From IMG/VR virus record IMGVR_UViG_3300041411_000304: a stretch of DNA of 20,000 nucleotides; one strand, given 5' to 3'. This DNA is from an uncultured virus (IMG/VR IMGVR_UViG_3300041411_000304). Its lineage: Duplodnaviria > Heunggongvirae > Uroviricota > Caudoviricetes. Below the pieces are notes generated by a model. That model had not been told where the DNA came from. It saw only the letters and a list, made by a program, of their open reading frames with translations, and did no database searches. The position numbers and the translations under genes were made by a program. Shown piece by piece: positions 1-8,363 of the stretch; position 1 is the first letter of the stretch; each line of letters begins with the position of its first letter.

Positions 1-2
1 GG

Positions 3-404
3 ATGTTGGCGACAACCGAGGCTTGGCACGATGGCGCCTGGCACTCGTTGGCGACCCCGGAGAATATCAACCGTTACGTCTATGACGGTGCGCGCTGCGT
101 CTCGCCGCTGATGGTTCTGCGCGGCATCGTCAGCGTCATCCGGGAGTTCAATTTCTCTTTCATCGGCACCTGGAAGGGCGTCAGGGTTCCGTCCAGATTC
201 TTGACTGACGTGGATGGCGTGGCCTCCCAGAACGTCCTGCCGATGATCAGCGCCTTGATCCAGCAGGAGGCCGCCAGCCTCAAGGAGTTGGAAGAGTATT
301 ATTCTCTGGAGGACGCCTTCAAGATGTTTGATGTGATGACTTCCAAGGGCGTGAACGAGGCCCTTGCCAATGAGCGGGCAATGAAGAAGGCCGAGCGACG
401 CTGA
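3..404 (+). CDS. Phage hypothetical protein of the tail/baseplate module, probably 5'-truncated by the window edge
   Basis: Open frame from the window edge to TGA at 402-404, in the same orientation as the baseplate genes. The C-terminal 'ASLKELEEYYSLEDAFKMFDV' resembles helical segments of myophage tail-assembly proteins. Confidence 0.6.
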   Translation: MLATTEAWHDGAWHSLATPENINRYVYDGARCVSPLMVLRGIVSVIREFNFSFIGTWKGVRVPSRFLTDVDGVASQNVLPMISALIQQEAASLKELEEYYSLEDAFKMFDVMTSKGVNEALANERAMKKAERR

Positions 405-433
405 TTTACCTGGGCGTTGCACCCGCTTATAAT
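405..433 (+). promoter_or_regulatory. Sigma70-like promoter for the baseplate/fibre genes
   Basis: TTTACC (405-410), 17-nt spacer, then a perfect TATAAT (428-433) in the intergenic gap. Confidence 0.7.
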
Positions 434-455
434 TGGGACTTGAATCAGCGGGTGC
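419..455. repeat. Perfect 9-bp inverted repeat enclosing the -10 box
   Basis: GCACCCGCT (419-427) and AGCGGGTGC (447-455), with a 19-nt loop containing TATAAT. Confidence 0.8.
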
Positions 456-462
456 CATCAGA

Positions 463-1158
463 ATGTCCAATCAACAATCGATCCTCTCAGCATCACAGCC
501 GGACAAGTCCAAGCAGCTCGCGGCGATAAAGGAGCTGCTTCGCAAAGCCGTCATCTTTGATGATAACGTGCTACCGGCGCAAATCCTTCAGTATGACCGC
601 GAGTCCAACCTGGCCACGATCAAGCCGCTGATTGCTTGGGTCGGGACCGACGATAAATTGCATTCTCGGCACGAGATTGACAACGTACCGGTCATATCTC
701 TGGGCGCTGGTGGATTCCACATCAACTTCCCGATCAAGGCCGGCGACCTGGGCTGGATTTACGCTTCCGACCGCGACATCTCCCAGTTCAAAGAGACGTT
801 GGCCGAGTCGCAGCCTAACTCTGGCCGCCTGCACACGTTCGAAGATTGCATGTTCATTCCTGACGTCTTCCGCCAGTATGTTATTCACGCAGAAGATGCC
901 GATGCCATGGTCATCCAGTCGACCGATAGCGCAACCCGGATCAGCATTCGCGGCGACAACATCAAAATAACGACGCCCAGCAAGATAACGCTGGACACTC
1001 CGTTGACCGATATCACCGGAAACGTCAACATTCAGCAAAACTTGACGGTGCTTGGGATTTCAACTCTGAAGAACACCACTGTCAACGACATTAACGTGTC
1101 CTCTCACGGACACCAAGAGACTAACAGCGGAAGGACCGCAGGGGGCATGGTATCGTGA
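463..1158 (+). CDS. Baseplate central spike, Gp138-family membrane-puncturing protein
   Basis: N-terminal OB-like 'NVPVISLGAGGFHINFPIKAGDLGWIYASDRDIS' and 'RLHTFEDCMFIP', a beta-helix-like C-terminal half, and a terminal HxH (SHGH) metal site. ATG at 463 is preferred over TTG at 433, which overlaps the -10 box. Confidence 0.85.
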   Translation: MSNQQSILSASQPDKSKQLAAIKELLRKAVIFDDNVLPAQILQYDRESNLATIKPLIAWVGTDDKLHSRHEIDNVPVISLGAGGFHINFPIKAGDLGWIYASDRDISQFKETLAESQPNSGRLHTFEDCMFIPDVFRQYVIHAEDADAMVIQSTDSATRISIRGDNIKITTPSKITLDTPLTDITGNVNIQQNLTVLGISTLKNTTVNDINVSSHGHQETNSGRTAGGMVS

Positions 1159-2414
1159 CCGAGTATATTTATTCACGCGAAACGGGCGCAATTTCTGTCG
1201 ATACGGCAGACATGCTGGAAGAGGTCCAAAACGAGTTCAAGACGGCCCTTGGCCAGAGCCTCAACACACAATCCAACACGCCGCAAGGCAGCCTCATCAC
1301 TGCCGAAGCAATCGCGCGTAACGATGTTATGCGCAACAACGCAGAATACGCAAACCTGCTCAATCCGGACCTGTCATATGGGCGGTTTCTGGATGCCATC
1401 TGCGCCTTCAACGCCATCGGTCGCGGCGAGAACCAGGCAACCATCGTCCGCAAGGTTCTGCTTGGCGGAAACCAGGCCACCGTTATCCCGGCAGGTTCGC
1501 GTTTGCAGGACCAAGACGGCGTGATATTCACGACCATTGACCAGGTCACCATCCCGGCTTCCAAAGCCATAGTCGTGGACATCATTGCGTCGGAGCCGGG
1601 CGCCCTGGAAGTCCCGGAGCAAGACCTGACCATCATCGACGGCGTCATTGGCTGGGGCTCGGCAGAGGTCACCCTGACTTCCGTGGTTGAGCCTGGTTCG
1701 ACGGCGCTGAAGGATGGCGCGCTGAAGAACGTCCGGCGCCGCCGCCTGGCCGCCCTCGGCATAGGCTCTTCCGGGGCAATCCTGGCATCGGTCCTGGCCG
1801 TGCCCAACGTCCGGTCGGCGCTGGTGGTGGAGAACAATACCGGGGCCACCGGGCTGGTCAAGGGCGTTACCTTTACCCTGCCCAACGCCGTGTGGGTTTG
1901 CGTGGCCGGCGAGGCCGTGGTGGACGACGTCGCGGCTGCCCTCTATCGCACCCACCATATGGGCATTCCGTGGGACTACGGCAACACCGGCAACGGCACC
2001 CCGGTCCAGTCGCCCAACGGCGTATCAACCCCGGACCCGTCCAGCGGGATTTTCTACAACGTCAAGTTCACACAAGCGGTGGAATATGACGCATATTTCA
2101 AGATCAAGGTCCGTCGCCAACCGGGCGCGTCGACCCCGACCGAAACCGTGAAAGAGGCAGTGGTGGCCTATGGCAACGGCGAGATTGACGGTGAAGACGG
2201 ATTCGTGGTCGGTGCCTCCATCTACGCCTTCGACGTGGCAGGGGCCATATCGGCGCAAATGCCCGGTCTTTCCATCGTTGAGATCAAGGTCGCGTGCGTC
2301 CTGAAGGGCCTGTCGCCACCGGTGGACGGCGCGTATGCCTTTGAGTTCGCGATGGCGGCCTGGGGTATCGCCTCCACCAACGTCGGTAGCGTTCTTGTGG
2401 AGATTCTGCCATGA
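1155..2414 (+). CDS. Baseplate J-like wedge protein
   Basis: 419 aa, with a GTGA overlap with the spike stop. Motifs 'TPQGSLI', 'NPDLSYGRFLDAI', 'VIPAGSRL' and 'VPNVRSALVVEN' are typical of baseplate J/gp47 proteins. Confidence 0.85.
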   Translation: MTEYIYSRETGAISVDTADMLEEVQNEFKTALGQSLNTQSNTPQGSLITAEAIARNDVMRNNAEYANLLNPDLSYGRFLDAICAFNAIGRGENQATIVRKVLLGGNQATVIPAGSRLQDQDGVIFTTIDQVTIPASKAIVVDIIASEPGALEVPEQDLTIIDGVIGWGSAEVTLTSVVEPGSTALKDGALKNVRRRRLAALGIGSSGAILASVLAVPNVRSALVVENNTGATGLVKGVTFTLPNAVWVCVAGEAVVDDVAAALYRTHHMGIPWDYGNTGNGTPVQSPNGVSTPDPSSGIFYNVKFTQAVEYDAYFKIKVRRQPGASTPTETVKEAVVAYGNGEIDGEDGFVVGASIYAFDVAGAISAQMPGLSIVEIKVACVLKGLSPPVDGAYAFEFAMAAWGIASTNVGSVLVEILP

Positions 2415-3874
2415 TGACGCCCCACAATACGGACATCATGCAGGCGCTCAAGTGGCTGCAGAACGAAGCCCCGAACATCCAGTCAATCATCTCCCAGAAG
2501 GCCGAGTGGTATGAACGGAACCACTTCCAATTCTGGGATGACTGGTATCAAACAGTGTTCAACATAGACACCGCCAGCGACTTCGGCTTGATCGTCTGGT
2601 GCATCATCCTTGGCGTCAACACCGAACCGTTCAGCTTCGATCCGATTGAGAATGCATGGGGTTACGGCGCAAACCGTGAGAACTTCATATTCAGCGGCAC
2701 GCCGGGAAGCCTCACCGACCCCAACCTGATCGGCGGCAACTTCATCGGCGGCGGCGCCGGTTCCATTGTTAACTTGGATGAGATTCGCCGCCTGCTGAAG
2801 CTGCGTTATGTCGCGTTGACCCACAACGGCACTCTGGCGCACATCAACTACATGCTGCGCGAAATCTTCAACGATGGTGAGCCTTGGGACTTCGCCAACG
2901 GCAACTATTTCTATGCCATGGACGTGACTGGTGCTGGCAATACCAGCAGCGCTGCCATAAAGCGCCTCTATGAGAAGACGGCTGCTGAGGGCGAGGTGAC
3001 GCTGCAAGAGGTCACCAGAAACCAAGGCCTGGCCGACTCCGGCTGGACCGGCGTGCAGACGACCGTGGACATTCAGGCTGCCGTTCCGGAATTTCCGTCC
3101 ACCTACAGCGTCATCCGGATGACGGCCCAGTCGATATCCTCTGGCGCTCAATTCATGGGCAACCAGACAAATGCCGTGGCCGGTCGCCATGTCTTCCAAG
3201 CGCTGCTGAAGACGTCCGGCGTCAACCAAGTCGTGATGCAGGTAACGAACACCGCAAGCTTGGCATCGCAGATCGTCATCGATATCGGCGCGGCATCTAT
3301 CATTTCCGTGGAAGGTGAATATGTCGATTTTGGCATAGAGCAGCTGGCCAACGGCTATGTGAAGGTCTGGTTATGCGTTGACATCGCCGCAATCAACCCA
3401 ATTGCCCGATTCTGGATGGCGGATAGCGGTCGCACCGGGATTCCCATCCCGGCTGGCGCCTACGTCACCGTGGTCGCGCCAATGCTTGCCCTTGGAAGTG
3501 ACTACGGCAAATATGTTAAGCGCCCGACCAGCTCTGTCGTGACACAGAAGGACTACACGCTGACGGCATCGACCGGGGCGCTGGCCATGGGGTATACTAT
3601 GGCGAGCAACGCGGAGCTGTTCTGGTCCGGTGGATTCAAGGGCGCTGACACCATCTTTGATGTCAAAGTTGGACAAGGGGATGGCTCCACAACGGCCTTC
3701 ATCATCCCTACTCCGCCGAACTCCACCACCAAGACCGCGACGCCGATGTTGATAGAATACCGACTGGGCCAAAATGCCGGCGTGTCGGACCAGAGCCTGG
3801 TGATCTTAGCCGATCCAGAATCTGGAATCACCCCGGCTCCTGCTGGCGTTCGATATACCATGACCAAGGTGTAA
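2411..3874 (+). CDS. DUF2612-like baseplate wedge/fibre-attachment protein with an inserted beta-rich domain
   Basis: ATGA overlap with the J-like gene. N-terminal 'FNIDTASDFGLIVWCIILGV' and 'LLKLRYVALTHNGTLAHINYMLREIF' are typical of the gene following J in such myophages. Confidence 0.75.
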   Translation: MMTPHNTDIMQALKWLQNEAPNIQSIISQKAEWYERNHFQFWDDWYQTVFNIDTASDFGLIVWCIILGVNTEPFSFDPIENAWGYGANRENFIFSGTPGSLTDPNLIGGNFIGGGAGSIVNLDEIRRLLKLRYVALTHNGTLAHINYMLREIFNDGEPWDFANGNYFYAMDVTGAGNTSSAAIKRLYEKTAAEGEVTLQEVTRNQGLADSGWTGVQTTVDIQAAVPEFPSTYSVIRMTAQSISSGAQFMGNQTNAVAGRHVFQALLKTSGVNQVVMQVTNTASLASQIVIDIGAASIISVEGEYVDFGIEQLANGYVKVWLCVDIAAINPIARFWMADSGRTGIPIPAGAYVTVVAPMLALGSDYGKYVKRPTSSVVTQKDYTLTASTGALAMGYTMASNAELFWSGGFKGADTIFDVKVGQGDGSTTAFIIPTPPNSTTKTATPMLIEYRLGQNAGVSDQSLVILADPESGITPAPAGVRYTMTKV

Positions 3875-3877
3875 ATA

Positions 3878-6295
3878 ATGGCACTCCTGACTCCTGATCT
3901 GATCCAAGCAACATTCGCATCTGGCGGCGAGAAAGACACGCCGCCGCAACTCTCCCCGCAAGGCTTCGTGAACTTCACCGAAGGATACACGCCATTCTAT
4001 GAGATGCGACTGGATGCCGGCCAGCCGCAAGCCAAGGCGGTTGAGCGGAAGGTCCAGAACTACATGTTCAACCAGGCCACCCTGCATGCCAAAGCTTGGC
4101 AATCGGCCTGCATTCCGCCGTGGTACGCCGGAATGCCCGGAGGCTACGCCAAGAATGCCATTGTCATCCACGAGATTGCCGGTGTGGCCACCCCGTTTCG
4201 TTCGTTGGTCGCCGGCAACGTTACCACTCCCGGCTCAGCTCCGACTCAGTGGGAATATGTTCAGACCGTCTCGGAGATGATTCAAAACATCCCGATGCCG
4301 TCTGGCGGCGCGACTACTGCTATGGCATCGGCAGGCATCATTGCCACCGGAGGGGCGGCATACGATCCTCTGACGCTCCCTCGCGGAACATACATGTACT
4401 CCAACAATGCCGCTGCCGCTGCCACGCCGAATTTGCCAAAGGACATTCACACCGCTGCACCATCGGCGCTCGCTGGCATTCTGGAGGTGTGCACAGCAAG
4501 CGCCGTCGCAGGCGTCAAAATACTTCGATACGTGGACATGCTTGGCAACGTATACATCCTGCCGAGCGGCTCAACAACTTGGGTGCAATACACCAACTAT
4601 GGAATCCTTCAGGCGCAGAAACCGACTTTTGCATTGACGGCATCGACCACTACCAACAACTATCTGGCCAACTTGACGCCAGCCCCTGCTGCCCTGACAG
4701 ATGGCATGGAAGTTCGACTGCGGATGCACGCAAGCAACACCGGCGCATCGACACTTAATTTGAATAACCTTGGTGCCAAGACAATTCTGGGGCAGGCCTT
4801 CCAGGCACTCTCCGGTTCCGAGATGCTGATTGGACGCAACGTGACTCTGCGTTGGACGCCGACGTCTGATGCCTGGGTCATCATCAATGCGACGTCTCGT
4901 CTCCAGGTTAACGATGCCATTGCCGATAACCATGTACCGAGCTGGAAGCAAGTCAAGGACTATGTCGCTACAGAAGTGGTCATCGACTGGGACGAAGTCC
5001 AGAACAAGCCGGACGTCGTCATCAACAAGAACGCGGCCACCTTGTCCACTCTTTTGTTGAACCGGAATCCTGGTGGCGCCAACCCGGCCATATCTTGGCG
5101 CAACACTGATGGCGGATTAACCAGGTTTTCCGAGTCTCTGATTGACGACAACACCATTCGTCTTGCAACACAAGCTGTGGTCCTGCGAGAGTACACGCAA
5201 ACCACAGTAGACTACAAGGCGATAACGTTTTTTCAACAAGGAATCCGCTGCACACAAACCACAAACGGCATGATCCGTTTCCTGGCAAGCGATGGACAGA
5301 CAGCCAGGTACTTGTTTACCAGCAACGACACCGCCATGTACTTCTATGGCTATGATGATGCTGCCGCTGCTCAATTGATATATACGGCAAACAGACACAC
5401 CCAAGTGATGGCGTTCTCCAAACGCCCGACCTTTGAAGGGGTCGTTCCTTGGGACGAGAACAACCTGGCCATGACTGGCGCTATCTCGGCGTTTAGCCAC
5501 AGCTCGCCAGGCGGCGGCTGGTTGTTCTGTGATGGTTCTGCAGTTTCGCGAACCACCTACGCGGCATTGTTTGCGAAGATTGGCACGACCTTTGGTGCCG
5601 GCAACGGATCAACAACGTTCAACGTGCCTGACCTGCGTGGCCAGTTCGTGCGAGGTGTAGATGCCGGCAGAGGGCTTGATCCGAGTCGCGTACTCGGCTC
5701 CTCGCAAAGTTTCGCGATGCAATCGCACAGCCACACGGCGACGGCCTCCAATGCTGGCACGCACGACCACACGGCGACGGCGCTTGCCGCTGGCAGCCAC
5801 ACCCATACTACAACGGTTTCCACGGACGGAATCCACACCCACACTGCAAGCACCGGCGATGCCGGCGCACACACCCACACCGTCTCCGGCACTTCCGGAA
5901 CAACTAACACTTCTCGGTTCTCTTCTGCCATCCAGCAAGGTGGTTCTGCGGCGAGCATCACCGTTCCTGCCAGCGGCCAGTCCACCACAGGCGTTATGTG
6001 CGACGGCCAGTCCGTATCTGGTCCTTTCGGTATCTACTTCACCAACACGCTGGAAGGTCACGCGCACTCCATAAGCGCCACTGCTGCTTCGAACGGCACC
6101 CACGACCACACTGTGTCCATTGCAAACAGCACCGGCCACACCCATACCGTCACCAACTCGACCATTGGCAACCACCAACACACGGTCGATGTAGACGTTG
6201 GCGGCGACCACGCCCACACCATCGTAGTCAATGCCAACGGCTCCACCGAGACGCGCCCGACCAACGTGGCCCTTCACTACTTCATCCACATCTAA
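3878..6295 (+). CDS. Tail fibre (receptor-binding protein) with tail-collar domain and HxH needle
   Basis: 805 aa. N-terminal baseplate anchor 'VNFTEGYTPFYE...VERKVQNYMFNQAT', collar 'GWLFCDGSAVSRTTYAALFAKIGTTFGAGNGSTTFNVPDLRGQFVRG', ten HxH motifs and C-terminal 'ETRPTNVALHYFI'. Confidence 0.92.
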   Translation: MALLTPDLIQATFASGGEKDTPPQLSPQGFVNFTEGYTPFYEMRLDAGQPQAKAVERKVQNYMFNQATLHAKAWQSACIPPWYAGMPGGYAKNAIVIHEIAGVATPFRSLVAGNVTTPGSAPTQWEYVQTVSEMIQNIPMPSGGATTAMASAGIIATGGAAYDPLTLPRGTYMYSNNAAAAATPNLPKDIHTAAPSALAGILEVCTASAVAGVKILRYVDMLGNVYILPSGSTTWVQYTNYGILQAQKPTFALTASTTTNNYLANLTPAPAALTDGMEVRLRMHASNTGASTLNLNNLGAKTILGQAFQALSGSEMLIGRNVTLRWTPTSDAWVIINATSRLQVNDAIADNHVPSWKQVKDYVATEVVIDWDEVQNKPDVVINKNAATLSTLLLNRNPGGANPAISWRNTDGGLTRFSESLIDDNTIRLATQAVVLREYTQTTVDYKAITFFQQGIRCTQTTNGMIRFLASDGQTARYLFTSNDTAMYFYGYDDAAAAQLIYTANRHTQVMAFSKRPTFEGVVPWDENNLAMTGAISAFSHSSPGGGWLFCDGSAVSRTTYAALFAKIGTTFGAGNGSTTFNVPDLRGQFVRGVDAGRGLDPSRVLGSSQSFAMQSHSHTATASNAGTHDHTATALAAGSHTHTTTVSTDGIHTHTASTGDAGAHTHTVSGTSGTTNTSRFSSAIQQGGSAASITVPASGQSTTGVMCDGQSVSGPFGIYFTNTLEGHAHSISATAASNGTHDHTVSIANSTGHTHTVTNSTIGNHQHTVDVDVGGDHAHTIVVNANGSTETRPTNVALHYFIHI

Positions 6296-6303
6296 GGTTG
6301 AAT

Positions 6304-6966
6304 ATGGCAAAGTTAACGCAAAACATCATAGTGGTCGGCTGTGGCGCTACGGCGCTGCTAGCCGGCAAGTGGCTGGAGCCCTTACAGGTTGCCTGCGATG
6401 AGTTCAAAATCGTTACGGCGAACCGCGTTGGGGCCTTCCTGGCCAACGTTGGGGTGGAGTCCGGCGGCCTGGTATCTCTGGTTGAATCGTTGTACTATAC
6501 CGACCCGGTGCGAGTGGCCAAGATTTTCCGGTCGTCTATGGATATCAACAACAACAAGGTCGTGGATGAGGCTGACATTGAGTTCGCCAAACAATACATC
6601 CGCAACAGCGAGAAGATGGCCAACCGGGTCTATGCGAACCGGATGGGCAACGGCAACGAGGCCAGCGGTGATGGGTTCCGCTATCGTGGGCGCGGCGCGA
6701 TGCAGACGACCGGTCGCGAGAACTACGCCAAAGCGGGAAAAGCCCTGGGCGTGGACCTCATTGGAAACCCGGACCTGCTGACGCGACCGGACGTCGCCGC
6801 CAGATCAGCTGCGTACTTCTTCCAGAGCAACGGCTGCAACGAGATGGCAGACGGCAACCAAATCTCCCGGATCGTCCAGACCATCAATGGTGCGCTGCCC
6901 AACGCCAACAACCACGGCCCGCTTCGTTTGGAGCGGTATCACAAAGTAAGGCAGATGCTTGCCTGA
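6304..6966 (+). CDS. Endolysin, glycoside hydrolase family 19 (chitinase-like muramidase)
   Basis: Motifs 'FLANVGVESGG', 'ANRVYANRMGNG', 'GDGFRYRGRGAMQTTGRENY' and 'ING'. ATG at 6304 follows AAGG; 220 aa. Confidence 0.92.
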   Translation: MAKLTQNIIVVGCGATALLAGKWLEPLQVACDEFKIVTANRVGAFLANVGVESGGLVSLVESLYYTDPVRVAKIFRSSMDINNNKVVDEADIEFAKQYIRNSEKMANRVYANRMGNGNEASGDGFRYRGRGAMQTTGRENYAKAGKALGVDLIGNPDLLTRPDVAARSAAYFFQSNGCNEMADGNQISRIVQTINGALPNANNHGPLRLERYHKVRQMLA

Positions 6967-6969
6967 CCC

Positions 6970-6999
6970 AAAAGAAAGGGGCCTGAATGGCCCCTTTCT
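6970..6999. terminator. Bidirectional rho-independent terminator between the convergent modules
   Basis: 11-bp stem AGAAAGGGGCC (6973-6983) / GGCCCCTTTCT (6989-6999), 5-nt loop, and an A-tract on the left that gives a U-tract on the - strand. Confidence 0.85.
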
Positions 7000-7011
7000 G
7001 CTGCTTCATGG

Positions 7012-7218
7012 TTATTCAGTGATTCCTTTCAGAACCTCTCCGGCAACATCCCCAATGCCAAAGTAGTTCGCGGCGATAGTCCCTAGTCCTACCAGTGCCG
7101 CCCTGAACACCTTGTCTTTTACCGTTTCCCCCGCCAGCTTGACCAAGACCGCGACGACTTCCCTTTTCAGCACAGTCTTGACGACGCGAACAACGCGCAG
7201 CACGTCCTTTCTTTTCAT
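7012..7218 (-). CDS. Small cationic amphipathic hypothetical protein (68 aa)
   Basis: Good SD (GAGAGG) before the ATG, and it ends just before the bidirectional terminator. 13 K/R versus 7 D/E, with a hydrophobic C-terminal segment. Confidence 0.7.
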   Translation of the reverse strand: MKRKDVLRVVRVVKTVLKREVVAVLVKLAGETVKDKVFRAALVGLGTIAANYFGIGDVAGEVLKGITE

Positions 7219-7406
7219 GGTCTACCTCTCGATGCTATAGACTTCCCCCTCAGCCGTAATGGACGGCCACCAGCTGGTTTGGTTGTTGTATTGTTGGCGA
7301 CCCGGAAGTCCGGACACGTATAGTATACCTGGAAGTGGATGGCGGAACTATGGCGCCTGTCGGCGGTCTAATGCCGTCCGTATCCGGACACTAGGAAGGC
7401 GCAGAC

Positions 7407-7448
7407 AAGAAAAAGGCCGGGCAACCGCTCGTGTGGATTGCCCGGCCT
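7407..7448 (-). terminator. Rho-independent terminator downstream of the ligase
   Basis: 11-bp stem AGGCCGGGCAA (7414-7424) / TTGCCCGGCCT (7438-7448), followed by a U-rich tract on the - strand. Confidence 0.8.
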
Positions 7449-7460
7449 AATGTCCGCTAA

Positions 7461-8363
7461 TTAGAGGTCGAAAGCCTCGCGGTATCCATCGAAGACGGCA
7501 TGGCGCGGCACGTCCTTCATCCCATGCGCAAAGAACTTATAGCGACACAAACGGCCACGATTCTTGGCACGCTCTTCCCAGGCTTTGCGGCGTTGATCGT
7601 GATCCATGGAGCCGCAGCTAACGCGGAACGGCTTTGGATAGTCCGGGTGCGCAACGACATAGCTGCCGATCATTCCGGACGGCACGAGGCCATCGGCATG
7701 GTCCGAGCGCTTGGTGTGACCAAGTTCATCGACATAAGCCGGGTTCTCGTTGTGCATCAATTCGACTTCATCGATGATCTTGGCCTCGCCGTGGCTCATC
7801 CGCTTCACCTTCAGCAGAATGCCTTCTTTGACGGTAGAGCGCCCGAACTTGTAACGGCCATTCGGGTCGCGAATCATCACACCCTCATATCCTTCCGCCA
7901 ACTTGATGGATTCGAACTCGTCAAGCTCATCCATGTTGCGGATCAACTTGTGCTCCACCAGTCGTAGGCGCGGCACGTCGATGATATCATTGAGCCGTTC
8001 AACGCGACGGGCCGCGCTGTCCAGACGCTTCTCAAAAGGATCGTTTGGGTTGGTGATATCATCGAAGATGTGCCAGGAGAAATCCGGCTCACCATCGATG
8101 GAGCGAAGCGCGCCAGAGGTGCCCTGGAACACCTTCGGATCGGTCGGACTTCCCACGGTCAACTCGCCATCGAGGCGGTCGAAGAGCGAGTTGGCGAGAG
8201 TCGCGCGCACGAAGTTGTTCTGCATCGGCTTCCGGCTGCGACTCAACATCATCTGGTCGTGGAAGGAGCGGAAGCCGTCGATTTTACCGGAGCCCAGAAC
8301 CGGGAATCGGATTTCTTCTTGAACGGCATCGGAGGCCAGCAGCGGCTTGATCAGGACGGTCAT
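7461..8363 (-). CDS. ATP-dependent DNA ligase
   Basis: Motif I KIDG, III LDGEL, IIIa IFDD, IV EGVM and V LKVK, plus a C-terminal OB domain. SD AGGAGG. Confidence 0.95.
   Translation of the reverse strand: MTVLIKPLLASDAVQEEIRFPVLGSGKIDGFRSFHDQMMLSRSRKPMQNNFVRATLANSLFDRLDGELTVGSPTDPKVFQGTSGALRSIDGEPDFSWHIFDDITNPNDPFEKRLDSAARRVERLNDIIDVPRLRLVEHKLIRNMDELDEFESIKLAEGYEGVMIRDPNGRYKFGRSTVKEGILLKVKRMSHGEAKIIDEVELMHNENPAYVDELGHTKRSDHADGLVPSGMIGSYVVAHPDYPKPFRVSCGSMDHDQRRKAWEERAKNRGRLCRYKFFAHGMKDVPRHAVFDGYREAFDL

Noticed and set aside
5726..6217. 36-nt periodic repeats resembling a CRISPR array or DGR-like repeats
   Set aside because: The periodicity is at the protein level with divergent codons. There are no identical repeats with spacers, and no cas or reverse transcriptase gene in the window.
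5998..6303. His/Arg-rich N-terminal extension of the endolysin ORF
   Set aside because: It is an out-of-frame reading of the tail fibre HxH repeats; the GH19 protein starts at ATG 6304.
571..6310. Several - strand ORFs within the structural genes
   Set aside because: Antisense shadows with no domain signatures.
7259..7450. 63-aa + strand ORF in the intergenic region
   Set aside because: No SD, runs through a terminator hairpin, and has non-protein-like composition.
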